The notes beneath the pieces are model-generated. The model was given only the letters and a program-made list of their open reading frames with translations, was not told the DNA's origin and ran no database searches. Below are positions 26,871 through 35,228 of a stretch of 64,000 nt of DNA, piece by piece. The stretch lies in contig CACZBC010000004.1 of NCBI GenBank assembly GCA_902779315.1, positions 33,506 through 97,505 on the forward strand. The letters run 5' to 3'. Every line of letters starts with the position of its first letter. Within the stretch, counting starts at the first letter, position 1. Origin of the DNA: an uncultured Bacteroidales bacterium (GTDB lineage Bacteria; Bacteroidota; Bacteroidia; Bacteroidales; Bacteroidaceae). Made by a program: the position numbers and the translations under genes.

Positions 26871-27701
26871 CTATTCCTCCTCCTTCCTCTTCGTAGCGCG
26901 TTTGCGAGTGCCTCTCTTTGCCCCTTCCTGATTCTCGGAGGGGAGGCCTGCCAGTTCGCGGTCGATCATGATGCGGCCGCAATATTCGCATACGATGATT
27001 TTCTTGCGGCTGCGGATGTCGAGCTGTCGCTGTGGCGGAATCTTGTTGAAGCAACCGCAGCAGGCGTCGCGCTGAACTGACACGATGCCGAGTCCGTTAC
27101 GGCTGTTGCGACGGATGCGCTTGAAGGCGTTCAGGAGGCGGGGCTCGATGGTAAGTTCCAGATTCTTAGCGCGTTCGCGGAGTTTCTCTTCCTCAGCCTT
27201 CGTCTCGCTCACGATTTCCTCCAGCTCCTCTTTCTTCGTTTCGAGCATCACTCGGCGGTCGTTCACTTCGAGGTTGCAGCGTGTCATTTCGGCGGTCTTT
27301 GCCTCGACGATTTCCTTGGCTTCGCGAATCTTCTTCTCGTGGAGCTGGTTGTCGAGGTCGGCATATTCCACCTGCTTAGTCAGGTTGTCGTACTCGCGGT
27401 TGTTGCGTACGCTGTCCATCTGCGTGTTGTAGCGCTCGATGCTTGCCTTGTTCTCGGCAATCTTGGCGTTGCGTTCGCTGATTTCCTTCTTCAGTTCGGC
27501 GATGTCGTTGCCGATCTTCTCGATGCGTGTGGTCATGCCCTCGATTTCGTCTTCGAGGTCCTGTACCTCGAGAGGGAGTTCGCCGCGGAGAGTCTTGATG
27601 CTGTCGATTTCCGAGAGCATGCTCTGCAGGGCATAGAGGTTCTTCAGTTTCTCCTCAACGCTGTAGTCAGCGGGGTCTTTCTTAGCTTTTTCTCTTGCCA
27701 T
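26871..27701 (-). CDS. coiled-coil / C4 zinc-ribbon protein (COG1579, DUF164-like)
   Basis: Start set at MAREKAKK. A long coiled coil is followed by CCGC...CEYCG. It lies directly downstream of a Nif3 gene, which is a widely conserved pairing. Confidence 0.75.
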   Translation of the reverse strand: MAREKAKKDPADYSVEEKLKNLYALQSMLSEIDSIKTLRGELPLEVQDLEDEIEGMTTRIEKIGNDIAELKKEISERNAKIAENKASIERYNTQMDSVRNNREYDNLTKQVEYADLDNQLHEKKIREAKEIVEAKTAEMTRCNLEVNDRRVMLETKKEELEEIVSETKAEEEKLRERAKNLELTIEPRLLNAFKRIRRNSRNGLGIVSVQRDACCGCFNKIPPQRQLDIRSRKKIIVCEYCGRIMIDRELAGLPSENQEGAKRGTRKRATKRKEEE

Positions 27702-27706
27702 AATGT

Positions 27707-28522
27707 TTATAAGTATTTGATGGGATTGGTGCAGACTGTTGTCTTGAAGAGCGGCAGTCTGGGGCACCTCTCGCCCAGGATTGAATTGAATATGTCGGTC
27801 GTATATTGTTCGCTCTGATAGTGTCCGAGCACGCCTATCTGTATCTGTCCGTCGTGTCCGAAGTATTGATGGTAATGCATTTCACCCGTCAGGAAGGCGT
27901 CGGCTCCCGCCTTCACCGCCTCTTCCAGGAGGAAGTCCCCCGCTCCGCCGCAGATGGCGACGCTCTGAATGGGGCGGGCAAGCAACTCGTTGTGCATCAG
28001 GCACTCCACGCCGAAGACCTGCTTCACGCGCTGCAGGAAAGCGAGCGAGTCCTCGCCTTCGGGCAGATAGCCTATCACGCCGGAGCCCGCCTGGACGGTG
28101 TGCGTCCTTCCGCCGTTGCTGACGGGAACTTGTCTGGGCTGCAGCAGCACCACATCCATCAGTCCGAGCCGTTCGGCCATCCTGTAGTTGACGCCGTCCA
28201 CAGCCGCATCCAGATTGGTGTGGGCCGAATAGATGGCGATGTCGTTCTGCACGGCCATACGGACGCAGCGCTGCACGGAGTCGGCATCCGTCAGGTGTTT
28301 CAGGCCATGGAAGATGAGGGGATGGTGCGACACGATGAGGTTGCATCCCAGCTCCAGCGCCTCGCGAATCACCTCCTCGGTCACGTCCAGGCACAATAAA
28401 GCCCCTGATACTTCCGCTTCTGTCAATCCAACCTGCAAGCCAGCATTATCGTAACTTTCCTGCAGAGGCAGAGGCGCGAAATCTTCAAGGGCGTCGATAA
28501 CGTCTTGAACTCTTACGCTCAT
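27707..28522 (-). CDS. Nif3-like dinuclear metal-centre protein
   Basis: Start set at MSVRVQDVIDALE, 22 nt after a -7 box. LIVSHHPLIF and GHYQSE motifs. Confidence 0.85.
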   Translation of the reverse strand: MSVRVQDVIDALEDFAPLPLQESYDNAGLQVGLTEAEVSGALLCLDVTEEVIREALELGCNLIVSHHPLIFHGLKHLTDADSVQRCVRMAVQNDIAIYSAHTNLDAAVDGVNYRMAERLGLMDVVLLQPRQVPVSNGGRTHTVQAGSGVIGYLPEGEDSLAFLQRVKQVFGVECLMHNELLARPIQSVAICGGAGDFLLEEAVKAGADAFLTGEMHYHQYFGHDGQIQIGVLGHYQSEQYTTDIFNSILGERCPRLPLFKTTVCTNPIKYL

Positions 28523-28544
28523 ACGAATTGTATGTTTTCGTGCG

Positions 28545-28552
28545 CAAAGGTA
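28545..28552 (-). promoter_or_regulatory. -7 promoter box TAccTTTG
   Basis: TAnnTTTG match 22 nt upstream of the ATG at 28522. Confidence 0.55.
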
Positions 28553-28605
28553 CGGCTTTCCAAGATAAAAACCAAATTTCTTTGCATTTATTCTTAATTT
28601 ATTCG

Positions 28606-28613
28606 TAACTTTG
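28606..28613 (+). promoter_or_regulatory. -7 promoter box TAacTTTG
   Basis: TAnnTTTG match 24 nt upstream of the ATG at 28638. Confidence 0.55.
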
Positions 28614-28637
28614 CACACGCATACTGTATATCCTCCT

Positions 28638-29678
28638 ATGACGAACAGAGAAATCTTCCTGCCCGCAGAATGGCACGAACAGGGTGCCGTGCAGCTGACT
28701 TGGCCGCACCCGGACACCGATTGGCATCCCGTCCTGGAGGATGTGTGCCGTTGCTATACGGAGATGGCAAAGGCGATTGTCGCGCGCGTACATCTTATTA
28801 TAGTGACGCCCGAACCCGCGCATGTCCGCATGCAGTTGCAGGAGGCCCTGACCGCGAGGGAACTCTCCCGCATCGCCTTCTGCAAGGCGCCTACGAACGA
28901 CACTTGGGCCCGCGACCACGGCTTCATCACCTTGCTCGCCCCCGACGGCCCGCGCCTGCTCGACTTCCGATTCAACGGATGGGGCGAGAAGTTCCCTGCC
29001 GAGCTCGACAACGGAATCAACCGCAGAATGATGGAGCAAGGCATCCTGAAGGGACGCTACGAAGACCACCTCGACTTCGTGCTCGAGGGAGGAAGCATTG
29101 AGAGCGACGGGGAGGGAACCATCCTGACGACAAGCAAATGCCTGCTCGCGCCACATCGCAACCAACCCCTCACGAAGGCGCAAATCGAGGCACGGCTGCT
29201 CGCATCCCTCCATGCCGAGCGCATCCTTTGGCTCGACTACGGCTACCTCGCGGGCGACGACACGGACAGCCACATCGACACGCTTGCCCGACTCTGTCCC
29301 GACCACACGATTGCCTACGTCAAATGCCTCGACGAGGACGACGAACACCATGCCGAACTGGCGAAGATGGAAGCCCAACTCAAGGAGTTCAGAACGCCGG
29401 ATGGCGAACCGTACCGCCTCGTCCCGCTCCCGATGGCAAAGGCCGCGTACGACGAAGATGGCACCCGATTGCCCGCCACATACGCGAACTTCCTCGTCAC
29501 GAACGGCGCCGTCCTGATGCCCACCTACGGGCATCCCGACACGGACCTCGAGGCGAAGAGCCAGCTCGCGAAAGCATTCCCCCGGCACGACATCGTCGGC
29601 ATCGACTGCCGCACACTCATCACCCAGCATGGCAGCCTCCATTGCTGCACCATGCAATACCCAAAAGAAGCACTATGA
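28638..29678 (+). CDS. aguA: agmatine deiminase
   Basis: MTNREIFLPAEWHEQ...W.RD.GP... with a C-terminal catalytic Cys context GSLHCCTMQ. Confidence 0.9.
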   Translation: MTNREIFLPAEWHEQGAVQLTWPHPDTDWHPVLEDVCRCYTEMAKAIVARVHLIIVTPEPAHVRMQLQEALTARELSRIAFCKAPTNDTWARDHGFITLLAPDGPRLLDFRFNGWGEKFPAELDNGINRRMMEQGILKGRYEDHLDFVLEGGSIESDGEGTILTTSKCLLAPHRNQPLTKAQIEARLLASLHAERILWLDYGYLAGDDTDSHIDTLARLCPDHTIAYVKCLDEDDEHHAELAKMEAQLKEFRTPDGEPYRLVPLPMAKAAYDEDGTRLPATYANFLVTNGAVLMPTYGHPDTDLEAKSQLAKAFPRHDIVGIDCRTLITQHGSLHCCTMQYPKEAL

Positions 29679-30556
29679 AGATAGGAATCATACAACAAAG
29701 CTGCACCGAAAGCATCGAAGAGAACCGCAAAAAGCTGTCCGAAAGCATCGCCAAGCTGGCCAAGCAAGGTGCCGAGCTCGTCGTCCTGCAAGAGTTGCAC
29801 GACAGCCCCTACTTCTGCCAGACGGAAGATGTGGAGAATTTCCGCTACGCACTCCCCATCCCGGGCGAGGCTACGGAGTTCTACTCGAAGGTGGCAACGG
29901 ATAACCAAGTTGTGCTCGTCACAAGCCTATTCGAGCGTCGTACGGCAGGTCTGTACCACAACACGGCAGTCGTGTTCGAGCGCGACGGAAGCATAGCCGG
30001 CATCCACCGCAAGATGCACATTCCCGACGACCCCGCCTACTACGAGAAGTTCTACTTCACGCCTGGCGACCTCGGCTTCCATCCCATCCCGACGAGCGTG
30101 GGCAAACTTGGCGTGCAGGTATGCTGGGACCAATGGTATCCCGAGGGAGCGCGACTGATGGCGCTTCAGGGTGCCGACATCCTCATCTACCCCACCGCCA
30201 TCGGATACGAGAGTACCGACACGAAGGAGGAGCAGCAACGCCAACGCGAGGCCTGGACGACGATTCAGCGCAGCCACGCCATCGCGAACGGCATCCCCGT
30301 CGTGACGGTCAATCGCGTCGGCTTCGAGCCCGACCCGAGCGGCTCGACGAACGGCATACAGTTTTGGGGGAGCAGCTTCGTTGCAGGTCAGCAAGGCGAG
30401 CTCCTCTACAGGGCGAGCGAAACTGAGCAAGAGACTGCCGTCATCGATGTTGATTTGCAGCGTACAGAGGGAGTGCGCCGTTGGTGGCCCTTCCTTCGCG
30501 ACAGGCGAATCGACGCGTATGGCGACCTCACCCGCCGCTTCATAGACAACAAATAA
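29675..30556 (+). CDS. aguB: N-carbamoylputrescine amidase (CN-hydrolase)
   Basis: Its ATG overlaps the aguA stop (ATGA). Nitrilase-superfamily pattern with a catalytic Cys in VQVCWDQWYPE. Confidence 0.9.
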   Translation: MKIGIIQQSCTESIEENRKKLSESIAKLAKQGAELVVLQELHDSPYFCQTEDVENFRYALPIPGEATEFYSKVATDNQVVLVTSLFERRTAGLYHNTAVVFERDGSIAGIHRKMHIPDDPAYYEKFYFTPGDLGFHPIPTSVGKLGVQVCWDQWYPEGARLMALQGADILIYPTAIGYESTDTKEEQQRQREAWTTIQRSHAIANGIPVVTVNRVGFEPDPSGSTNGIQFWGSSFVAGQQGELLYRASETEQETAVIDVDLQRTEGVRRWWPFLRDRRIDAYGDLTRRFIDNK

Positions 30557-30580
30557 AAGGAAACAATAAGGAAAACATAT

Positions 30581-32773
30581 ATGTCCAGCACACTCAGGTT
30601 TCAGATTGTAGGCGAGGCGTTCAAGAAAAGGCCCGTCGAAGTCCCCAAACGCAAGGAACGCCCGAGCGAGTTCTTTGCAAAATACGTGTTCAACCGCCGG
30701 AAGATGCAGCAGTACCTGCCTTCCGACGTCTACAAGAAGATGTGCGACGTCATCGACGGCGGAGCGCCCCTCGACATGGCGACTGCCGATGCCGTGGCCG
30801 AAGGCATGAAGAAATGGGCGATGGAGCTTGGCGCCACGCATTGCACGCATTGGTTTCAGCCCCTCACCGAAGGCACCGCCGAGAAGCACGACGGCTTTGT
30901 CGTGCACGACGGAAAGGGCGGCATGATCGAGGAGTTCACGGGCAAGCAGCTCGTGCAGCAGGAGCCCGACGCCAGCTCGTTCCCGAGCGGCGGCATACGC
31001 TCCACCTTCGAGGCGCGAGGCTACAGCGCGTGGGACCCCACAAGCCCCGTCTTCGTCTTCGGCGACACCCTGATGATACCCACCATCTTCATCTCCTACA
31101 CGGGCGAGGCGCTCGACTACAAGGCACCCCTGAAGAAGTCGCTCAAGGCCGTCGACAAGGCTGCCACAGCCGTCGCGCGCTACTTCTACCCCGACGTCAA
31201 GAAGGTCGTCAGCAACCTCGGCTGGGAGCAGGAGTATTTCCTCGTCGACGAGGGACTCTACGCAGCCCGGCCCGACCTGATGATGACGGGACGCACCCTG
31301 CTCGGACACGACAGCGCGAAGAACCAGCAGATGGACGACCACTACTTCGGCTCCATTCCGATGCGCGTCGCCGCCTTCATGAAGGACTTGGAAATCAAGT
31401 CGTTGGAGCTCGGCATCCCCTGCAAGACGCGACACAACGAGGTGGCGCCCAACCAGTTCGAGCTCGCACCCATCTTCGAGGAGACGAACCTCGCCGTGGA
31501 CCACAACATGCTGATTATGAGCCTGATGAAGAAGGTGGCACGCAAGCACGGATTCCGTTGCCTGCTCCACGAGAAACCCTTCGCGGGCATCAACGGCAGC
31601 GGCAAACACAACAACTGGAGCCTCTCGACCGACACGGGAATCCTCCTGCACGGCCCTGGCAAAACGCCGCTCGACAACCTGCGATTCGTCACCTTCATCG
31701 TCGAGTCGTTGATGGCAGTATATTGCCACAATGGACTCCTGAAGGCCTCTATAATCAGTGCTACCAACGTACACCGACTGGGAGCGGCCGAAGCGCCTCC
31801 AGCCATCGTGTCGAGCTTCCTCGGAAAGGAAATCAGCGACTTGCTCGAGCACCTCGAGACGAGCACCGACGACGAGCTCATCAGCCTTTCAGGCAAGCAA
31901 ACCCTCAGCCTCGACATACCGCAGATACCCGAGCTGACGCAGGACAACACGGACCGCAACCGCACCTCGCCCTTCGCCTTCACGGGCAACCGTTTCGAGT
32001 TCCGTGCCGTCGGAAGCCAGCAGAACTGCGCCGCCTCGATGATTGTGCTCAACACCGCCATGGCCGAGGCCCTGACGAACTTCAAGAAGCGCGTCGACGC
32101 CCTCATCGGCGAAGGCGTGGAGCCCATGAAAGCCATCCTCCGAATCGTGCGCGAGGACATCAAGACGTGCAAGCCCATCCGCTTCGACGGCAACGGCTAC
32201 AGCGAGGCCTGGAAACAGGAAGCGGCACGCCGCGGACTCGACGTGGAGACCAGCGCCCCCATCATCCTCGACCAGTACCTCAAGCCCGAAACGGTGGAGA
32301 TGTTCGAGCGCATGAACGTCCTGACGAAGGCCGAACTGGAGGCGCGCAACGAGATAAAACTCGACACATACATCAAGAAGATACAGATTGAGGCTCGCAT
32401 CTTCGGCGACATCTGCATGAACCACATCATACCAGTCGCAACCCGCTACCAGACGCAGCTCATCGACAATGTGCACAAGATGAAATCCATCTTCCCAACC
32501 GAGACGGCCGACCGCCTGAACAGCACCAATCTGAGCCTGATCAAGCAGATGGGAGAGCACAACGCCTTCATCATCGAGAACGTGGAACGACTCATCGAAG
32601 CACGACGGGTGGCCAACCGCATAAAGGACGGACGCGAACGCGCCATCGCCTATCACGACACAGTTGCGCCACTCATAGAGGAAATCCGTTACCACGTTGA
32701 CCACCTCGAACTCATCGTCGACGACGAGCTCTGGCCCCTGCCGAAATACCGCGAAATGCTGTTCATACATTGA
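30581..32773 (+). CDS. glnN: glutamine synthetase type III
   Basis: A 730-aa GS with the extended N- and C-terminal regions typical of GSIII (NEVAPNQFELAP, HEKPFAGINGSGKHNNWS). Confidence 0.92.
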   Translation: MSSTLRFQIVGEAFKKRPVEVPKRKERPSEFFAKYVFNRRKMQQYLPSDVYKKMCDVIDGGAPLDMATADAVAEGMKKWAMELGATHCTHWFQPLTEGTAEKHDGFVVHDGKGGMIEEFTGKQLVQQEPDASSFPSGGIRSTFEARGYSAWDPTSPVFVFGDTLMIPTIFISYTGEALDYKAPLKKSLKAVDKAATAVARYFYPDVKKVVSNLGWEQEYFLVDEGLYAARPDLMMTGRTLLGHDSAKNQQMDDHYFGSIPMRVAAFMKDLEIKSLELGIPCKTRHNEVAPNQFELAPIFEETNLAVDHNMLIMSLMKKVARKHGFRCLLHEKPFAGINGSGKHNNWSLSTDTGILLHGPGKTPLDNLRFVTFIVESLMAVYCHNGLLKASIISATNVHRLGAAEAPPAIVSSFLGKEISDLLEHLETSTDDELISLSGKQTLSLDIPQIPELTQDNTDRNRTSPFAFTGNRFEFRAVGSQQNCAASMIVLNTAMAEALTNFKKRVDALIGEGVEPMKAILRIVREDIKTCKPIRFDGNGYSEAWKQEAARRGLDVETSAPIILDQYLKPETVEMFERMNVLTKAELEARNEIKLDTYIKKIQIEARIFGDICMNHIIPVATRYQTQLIDNVHKMKSIFPTETADRLNSTNLSLIKQMGEHNAFIIENVERLIEARRVANRIKDGRERAIAYHDTVAPLIEEIRYHVDHLELIVDDELWPLPKYREMLFIH

Positions 32774-32776
32774 TTT

Positions 32777-32803
32777 GGCTTACAGCTTACGGCTTACAGC
32801 TTA
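32777..32803. repeat. heptamer microsatellite (GGCTTAC/AGCTTAC)n
   Basis: GGCTTAC AGCTTAC GGCTTAC AGCTTA, in the gap between glnN and the next gene. Confidence 0.9.
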
Positions 32804-32810
32804 AAGGGTT

Positions 32811-33968
32811 ATGGGAAAAGGAAAGAAAACAGGTGTCCTGACGTTCTGGTATGGCGATTCCAACTACGGACAGATTCTGCAGTGCTATGCCCTGCAGCGA
32901 GTGCTCGAACAGTTGGGGTGCGAGCCCTACGTCATACGCTTCGTCGGTTACGGCGAAAGCCGCCTGCGCAAGCTCGTCAAGCAGCTGCTGCCCTTCCTGC
33001 GGCGCAAACCCAGTCCGACCGACCGCCTGCGCGGCTTCGAAGCCTTCCGTAGGGAGCATTTCCGCATGAGCCCCCTCTACACCTCCATCGCGCAGATACG
33101 CAGCTGCCCGCCACGCTACGACGCCTACATCGCAGGCTCCGACCAGATATGGAAGCAGTCGCTCCGGAACCCCCAGCAACCCGCCTATTTCCTCGACTTC
33201 GGACGGCCCGAAGTGCGCCGAATCGCCTACGCCGCCAGTTTCGGGATGGAGACCTACCCCGACGAGGACAAGGCGCAGCTGAAGGGACTTCTGCAGCGAT
33301 TCGATGCAATCTCTTGCCGAGAATATAGCGGTGTGGAAATCTGCCGCGACCTCGGCCTCGACGCCGCCAAAGTCCTCGACCCCACCCTGCTGCTCACCCG
33401 CGAAAACTACGAAGCCCTTCAAAGTACTCCCCCAAAGGGGCAATCGCCTGTTGGGAGCAGAGCGATTGGGGAGCGCAAGCGACGGGGGGCAAGGCGGAGA
33501 GGGGGCTTTTTCATCTACAGCCTGAACATCAATTCCGCCGAGGAGATTCGTTGGAGCGAGCTTCGCGAGGCCGTAGAGGGGAAGGTGGTCGTCACGCCGG
33601 CAGCGGGTTACAACGAGAGTGCGGAACTCTTCGGCAGCGAGGTGGAGTACCTCTACGCCACACCAGCGCAATGGATTGCACAGATAGCGTCGGCAAGTCT
33701 TGTCGTCACGACATCCTTCCACGGCATCGCGTTCAGCATTCTCATGCACACGCCCTTCGTCTATGTCCCCCTGAAGGGCGAGTTCCAGGGCGCCAACAAT
33801 CGCATCCTCGACCTCCTGCGCGACCTTCGCCTGGAGGAGCGCATCCTCTCGGAACGGGCCACCTACGGCAGCATCCTCGCCCGCCCCATCGACTGGGCCT
33901 CCGTCGACAGCCTGCTCGCTCACATGCGCCAGGACAGCCTCGAGTTCCTGAAGGAAGCACTGAAATAA
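32811..33968 (+). CDS. polysaccharide pyruvyl transferase family protein
   Basis: GDSNYGQILQCYALQ, GSDQIW and TTSFHGIAFS motifs. Carries an Arg/Gly-rich internal stretch. Confidence 0.8.
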   Translation: MGKGKKTGVLTFWYGDSNYGQILQCYALQRVLEQLGCEPYVIRFVGYGESRLRKLVKQLLPFLRRKPSPTDRLRGFEAFRREHFRMSPLYTSIAQIRSCPPRYDAYIAGSDQIWKQSLRNPQQPAYFLDFGRPEVRRIAYAASFGMETYPDEDKAQLKGLLQRFDAISCREYSGVEICRDLGLDAAKVLDPTLLLTRENYEALQSTPPKGQSPVGSRAIGERKRRGARRRGGFFIYSLNINSAEEIRWSELREAVEGKVVVTPAAGYNESAELFGSEVEYLYATPAQWIAQIASASLVVTTSFHGIAFSILMHTPFVYVPLKGEFQGANNRILDLLRDLRLEERILSERATYGSILARPIDWASVDSLLAHMRQDSLEFLKEALK

Positions 33969-34095
33969 CGCCCCACCACAGGCGGCAAAACTGGAGTTCA
34001 AAATCTGCCTGAACAAGGTCTTCCTGCGTAAAAAACAAAAGCATTTTTCTGTGAAAATAATTGCCAATTTACTTGCGTAATTCATTTATTTTTCG

Positions 34096-34103
34096 TAAAT
34101 TTG
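34096..34103 (+). promoter_or_regulatory. -7 promoter box TAaaTTTG far upstream of the HU-like gene
   Basis: Perfect TAnnTTTG. The next plausible start codon is about 490 nt downstream. Confidence 0.45.
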
Positions 34104-34109
34104 CATTGG

Positions 34110-34295
34110 ATTAAGAACAGAGGTTCATAGCATCGAAAACAGGGCCCGTTTCCGCTGCATGAGCTAAAGCTCAAAATCCACTGCGAGTCTGCTCACGCTC
34201 GACCATCAGAGAACAAGTTCTCATGGTACTCGCTAAAACGCAGACTTGCAGGCGTGAAAGATGAGGGAACTACTGCAGGGTAAACTCGGATTTTC
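34110..34295 (+). ncRNA. candidate structured RNA (sRNA, or 5' part of a long leader)
   Basis: 12-bp long-range pairing of 34181-34192 (CTGCGAGTCTGC) with 34240-34251 (GCAGACTTGCAG, one G-U pair). It encloses hairpin 34203-26 (CCAT..GAGAAC-AA-GTTCTC-ATGG). A second hairpin, GAGC-TAAA-GCTC, lies at 34161-72. No ORF. Boundaries are guessed. Confidence 0.3.
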
Positions 34296-34366
34296 ACACG
34301 TGAAGTTTGCAAACTTCAAACGTGATGTTGGCCAACTTCAAACGCGATGTTTGAAACTTCACTAGG
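34296..34366. repeat. 22-bp-period tandem array (array e), three units
   Basis: Units at 34300, 34322 and 34344: GTGAAGTTTGCAAACTTCAAAC / GTGATGTTGGCCAACTTCAAAC / GCGATGTTTGAAACTTCACTAG. Confidence 0.85.
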
Positions 34367-34592
34367 GATAACAAACCAAATTATTAACAAGGAGTAAAAA
34401 TGGAAGTAAAAGAAGGTTCCGCGACTACAATCGCGCCTTGGTGCTAGAGCATCCAAGAAGTAAAGCCAGCAAGCTGGCTGGGAGTTAAGCGCTAAAGTGC
34501 AGGACAATACCACAAGGGCCCAAACTATCGTCCATGAGCGGAGCTCATTAACTTCAACTCCCCATTTAACTCCAACAAAAACACTTTGCTTT

Positions 34593-35057
34593 ATGATCAA
34601 TTATTCTATCGCAATCATGTCGTGCAAGCCTGGCACGAAGAAGACGGAGCAGACTTACTCCACCAAAGCCTACGGTACGGCTCAGATTCACGAAGTCCTC
34701 GACCTCGACGCTTTCTGCAAGCACATCGCCGACCACAACTCACCTTTCTCGAAGGGCACTGTGAAGGGCATCCTGACTGACGCCGTGGCCTGTCTTCGCG
34801 AGCAGCTGCTTGCCGGCAACAAGGTCGTTCTGGGCGACCTGGGCAGCTTCCATGTGGAACTCGCCTGCGAAGGTGCCGACACCACCGACGAGTTCAACGC
34901 GCAGAAAATCAAGGACGTGAACGTGCGCTGGACGCCCGGACTGGAGTTCAAGAACCTCCGCAGCGTCGCCGAGTTCAACCTCGTACCCAGCCGAAAGGCC
35001 CAGGCCGACGCAATCGAAGTAATCCGCAACGAAGAGACAATCCAAGGGCTCGAGTAA
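34593..35057 (+). CDS. Bacteroidota-type HU-family DNA-binding protein
   Basis: MINYSIAIMS...; the central part fits the HU/IHF fold pattern (FSKGTVKGILTDAVACLREQLLAGNKVVLGDLGSF). The start could also be 34617. Confidence 0.75.
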   Translation: MINYSIAIMSCKPGTKKTEQTYSTKAYGTAQIHEVLDLDAFCKHIADHNSPFSKGTVKGILTDAVACLREQLLAGNKVVLGDLGSFHVELACEGADTTDEFNAQKIKDVNVRWTPGLEFKNLRSVAEFNLVPSRKAQADAIEVIRNEETIQGLE

Positions 35058-35073
35058 ACCTCGAGCCTTGGAT

Positions 35074-35098
35074 AATTCAAAATTCAAAATTCAAAATT
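35074..35098. repeat. heptamer microsatellite (AATTCAA)n
   Basis: AATTCAAAATTCAAAATTCAAAATT. Confidence 0.9.
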
Positions 35099-35128
35099 GT
35101 TCTGGCGGATTATAAATCCGTCTGAACA

Positions 35129-35175
35129 CGCTAACCGCTCAACACTAACCGCTAACCGCTCAACTCTAAACTAAA
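35129..35175. repeat. heptamer repeat (GCTAACC)n, degenerate
   Basis: CGCTAACCGCTCAACACTAACCGCTAACCGCTCAACTCTAAACTAAA. Reverse complement of the repeat at 17853. Confidence 0.85.
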
Positions 35176-35203
35176 AAAAGAGCCCCCGTTTTGGCGGAGG
35201 CCC
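35173..35203 (-). terminator. intrinsic terminator of glgB
   Basis: GCCCCCG / CGGAGGC stem with one mismatch, followed on the minus strand by a run of seven U. Confidence 0.55.
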
Positions 35204-35228
35204 TTTCGTATTCTCTGATTATCCTACT

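Noticed and set aside
29138-29674. N-terminal 179 codons of the 472-aa ORF that contains aguB.
   Set aside because: This part overlaps aguA in another frame and is Arg/Pro/His-rich. The CN-hydrolase domain starts at MKIGIIQQ (29675), whose ATG overlaps the aguA stop.
29927-31852. 641-aa ORF antisense to aguB and glnN, plus the 636-aa plus-strand ORF 30481-32391 in another frame.
   Set aside because: Both overlap the well-supported type III glutamine synthetase frame. Their translations are Arg/Gly/His/Pro-rich, which is typical of off-frame G+C-rich sequence.
34110-34295. Identification of the structured region as 6S RNA, on the basis of a similar length of about 185 nt.
   Set aside because: The 5' and 3' ends do not form the long closing helix expected for 6S RNA. 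I keep it only as an unclassified RNA candidate.
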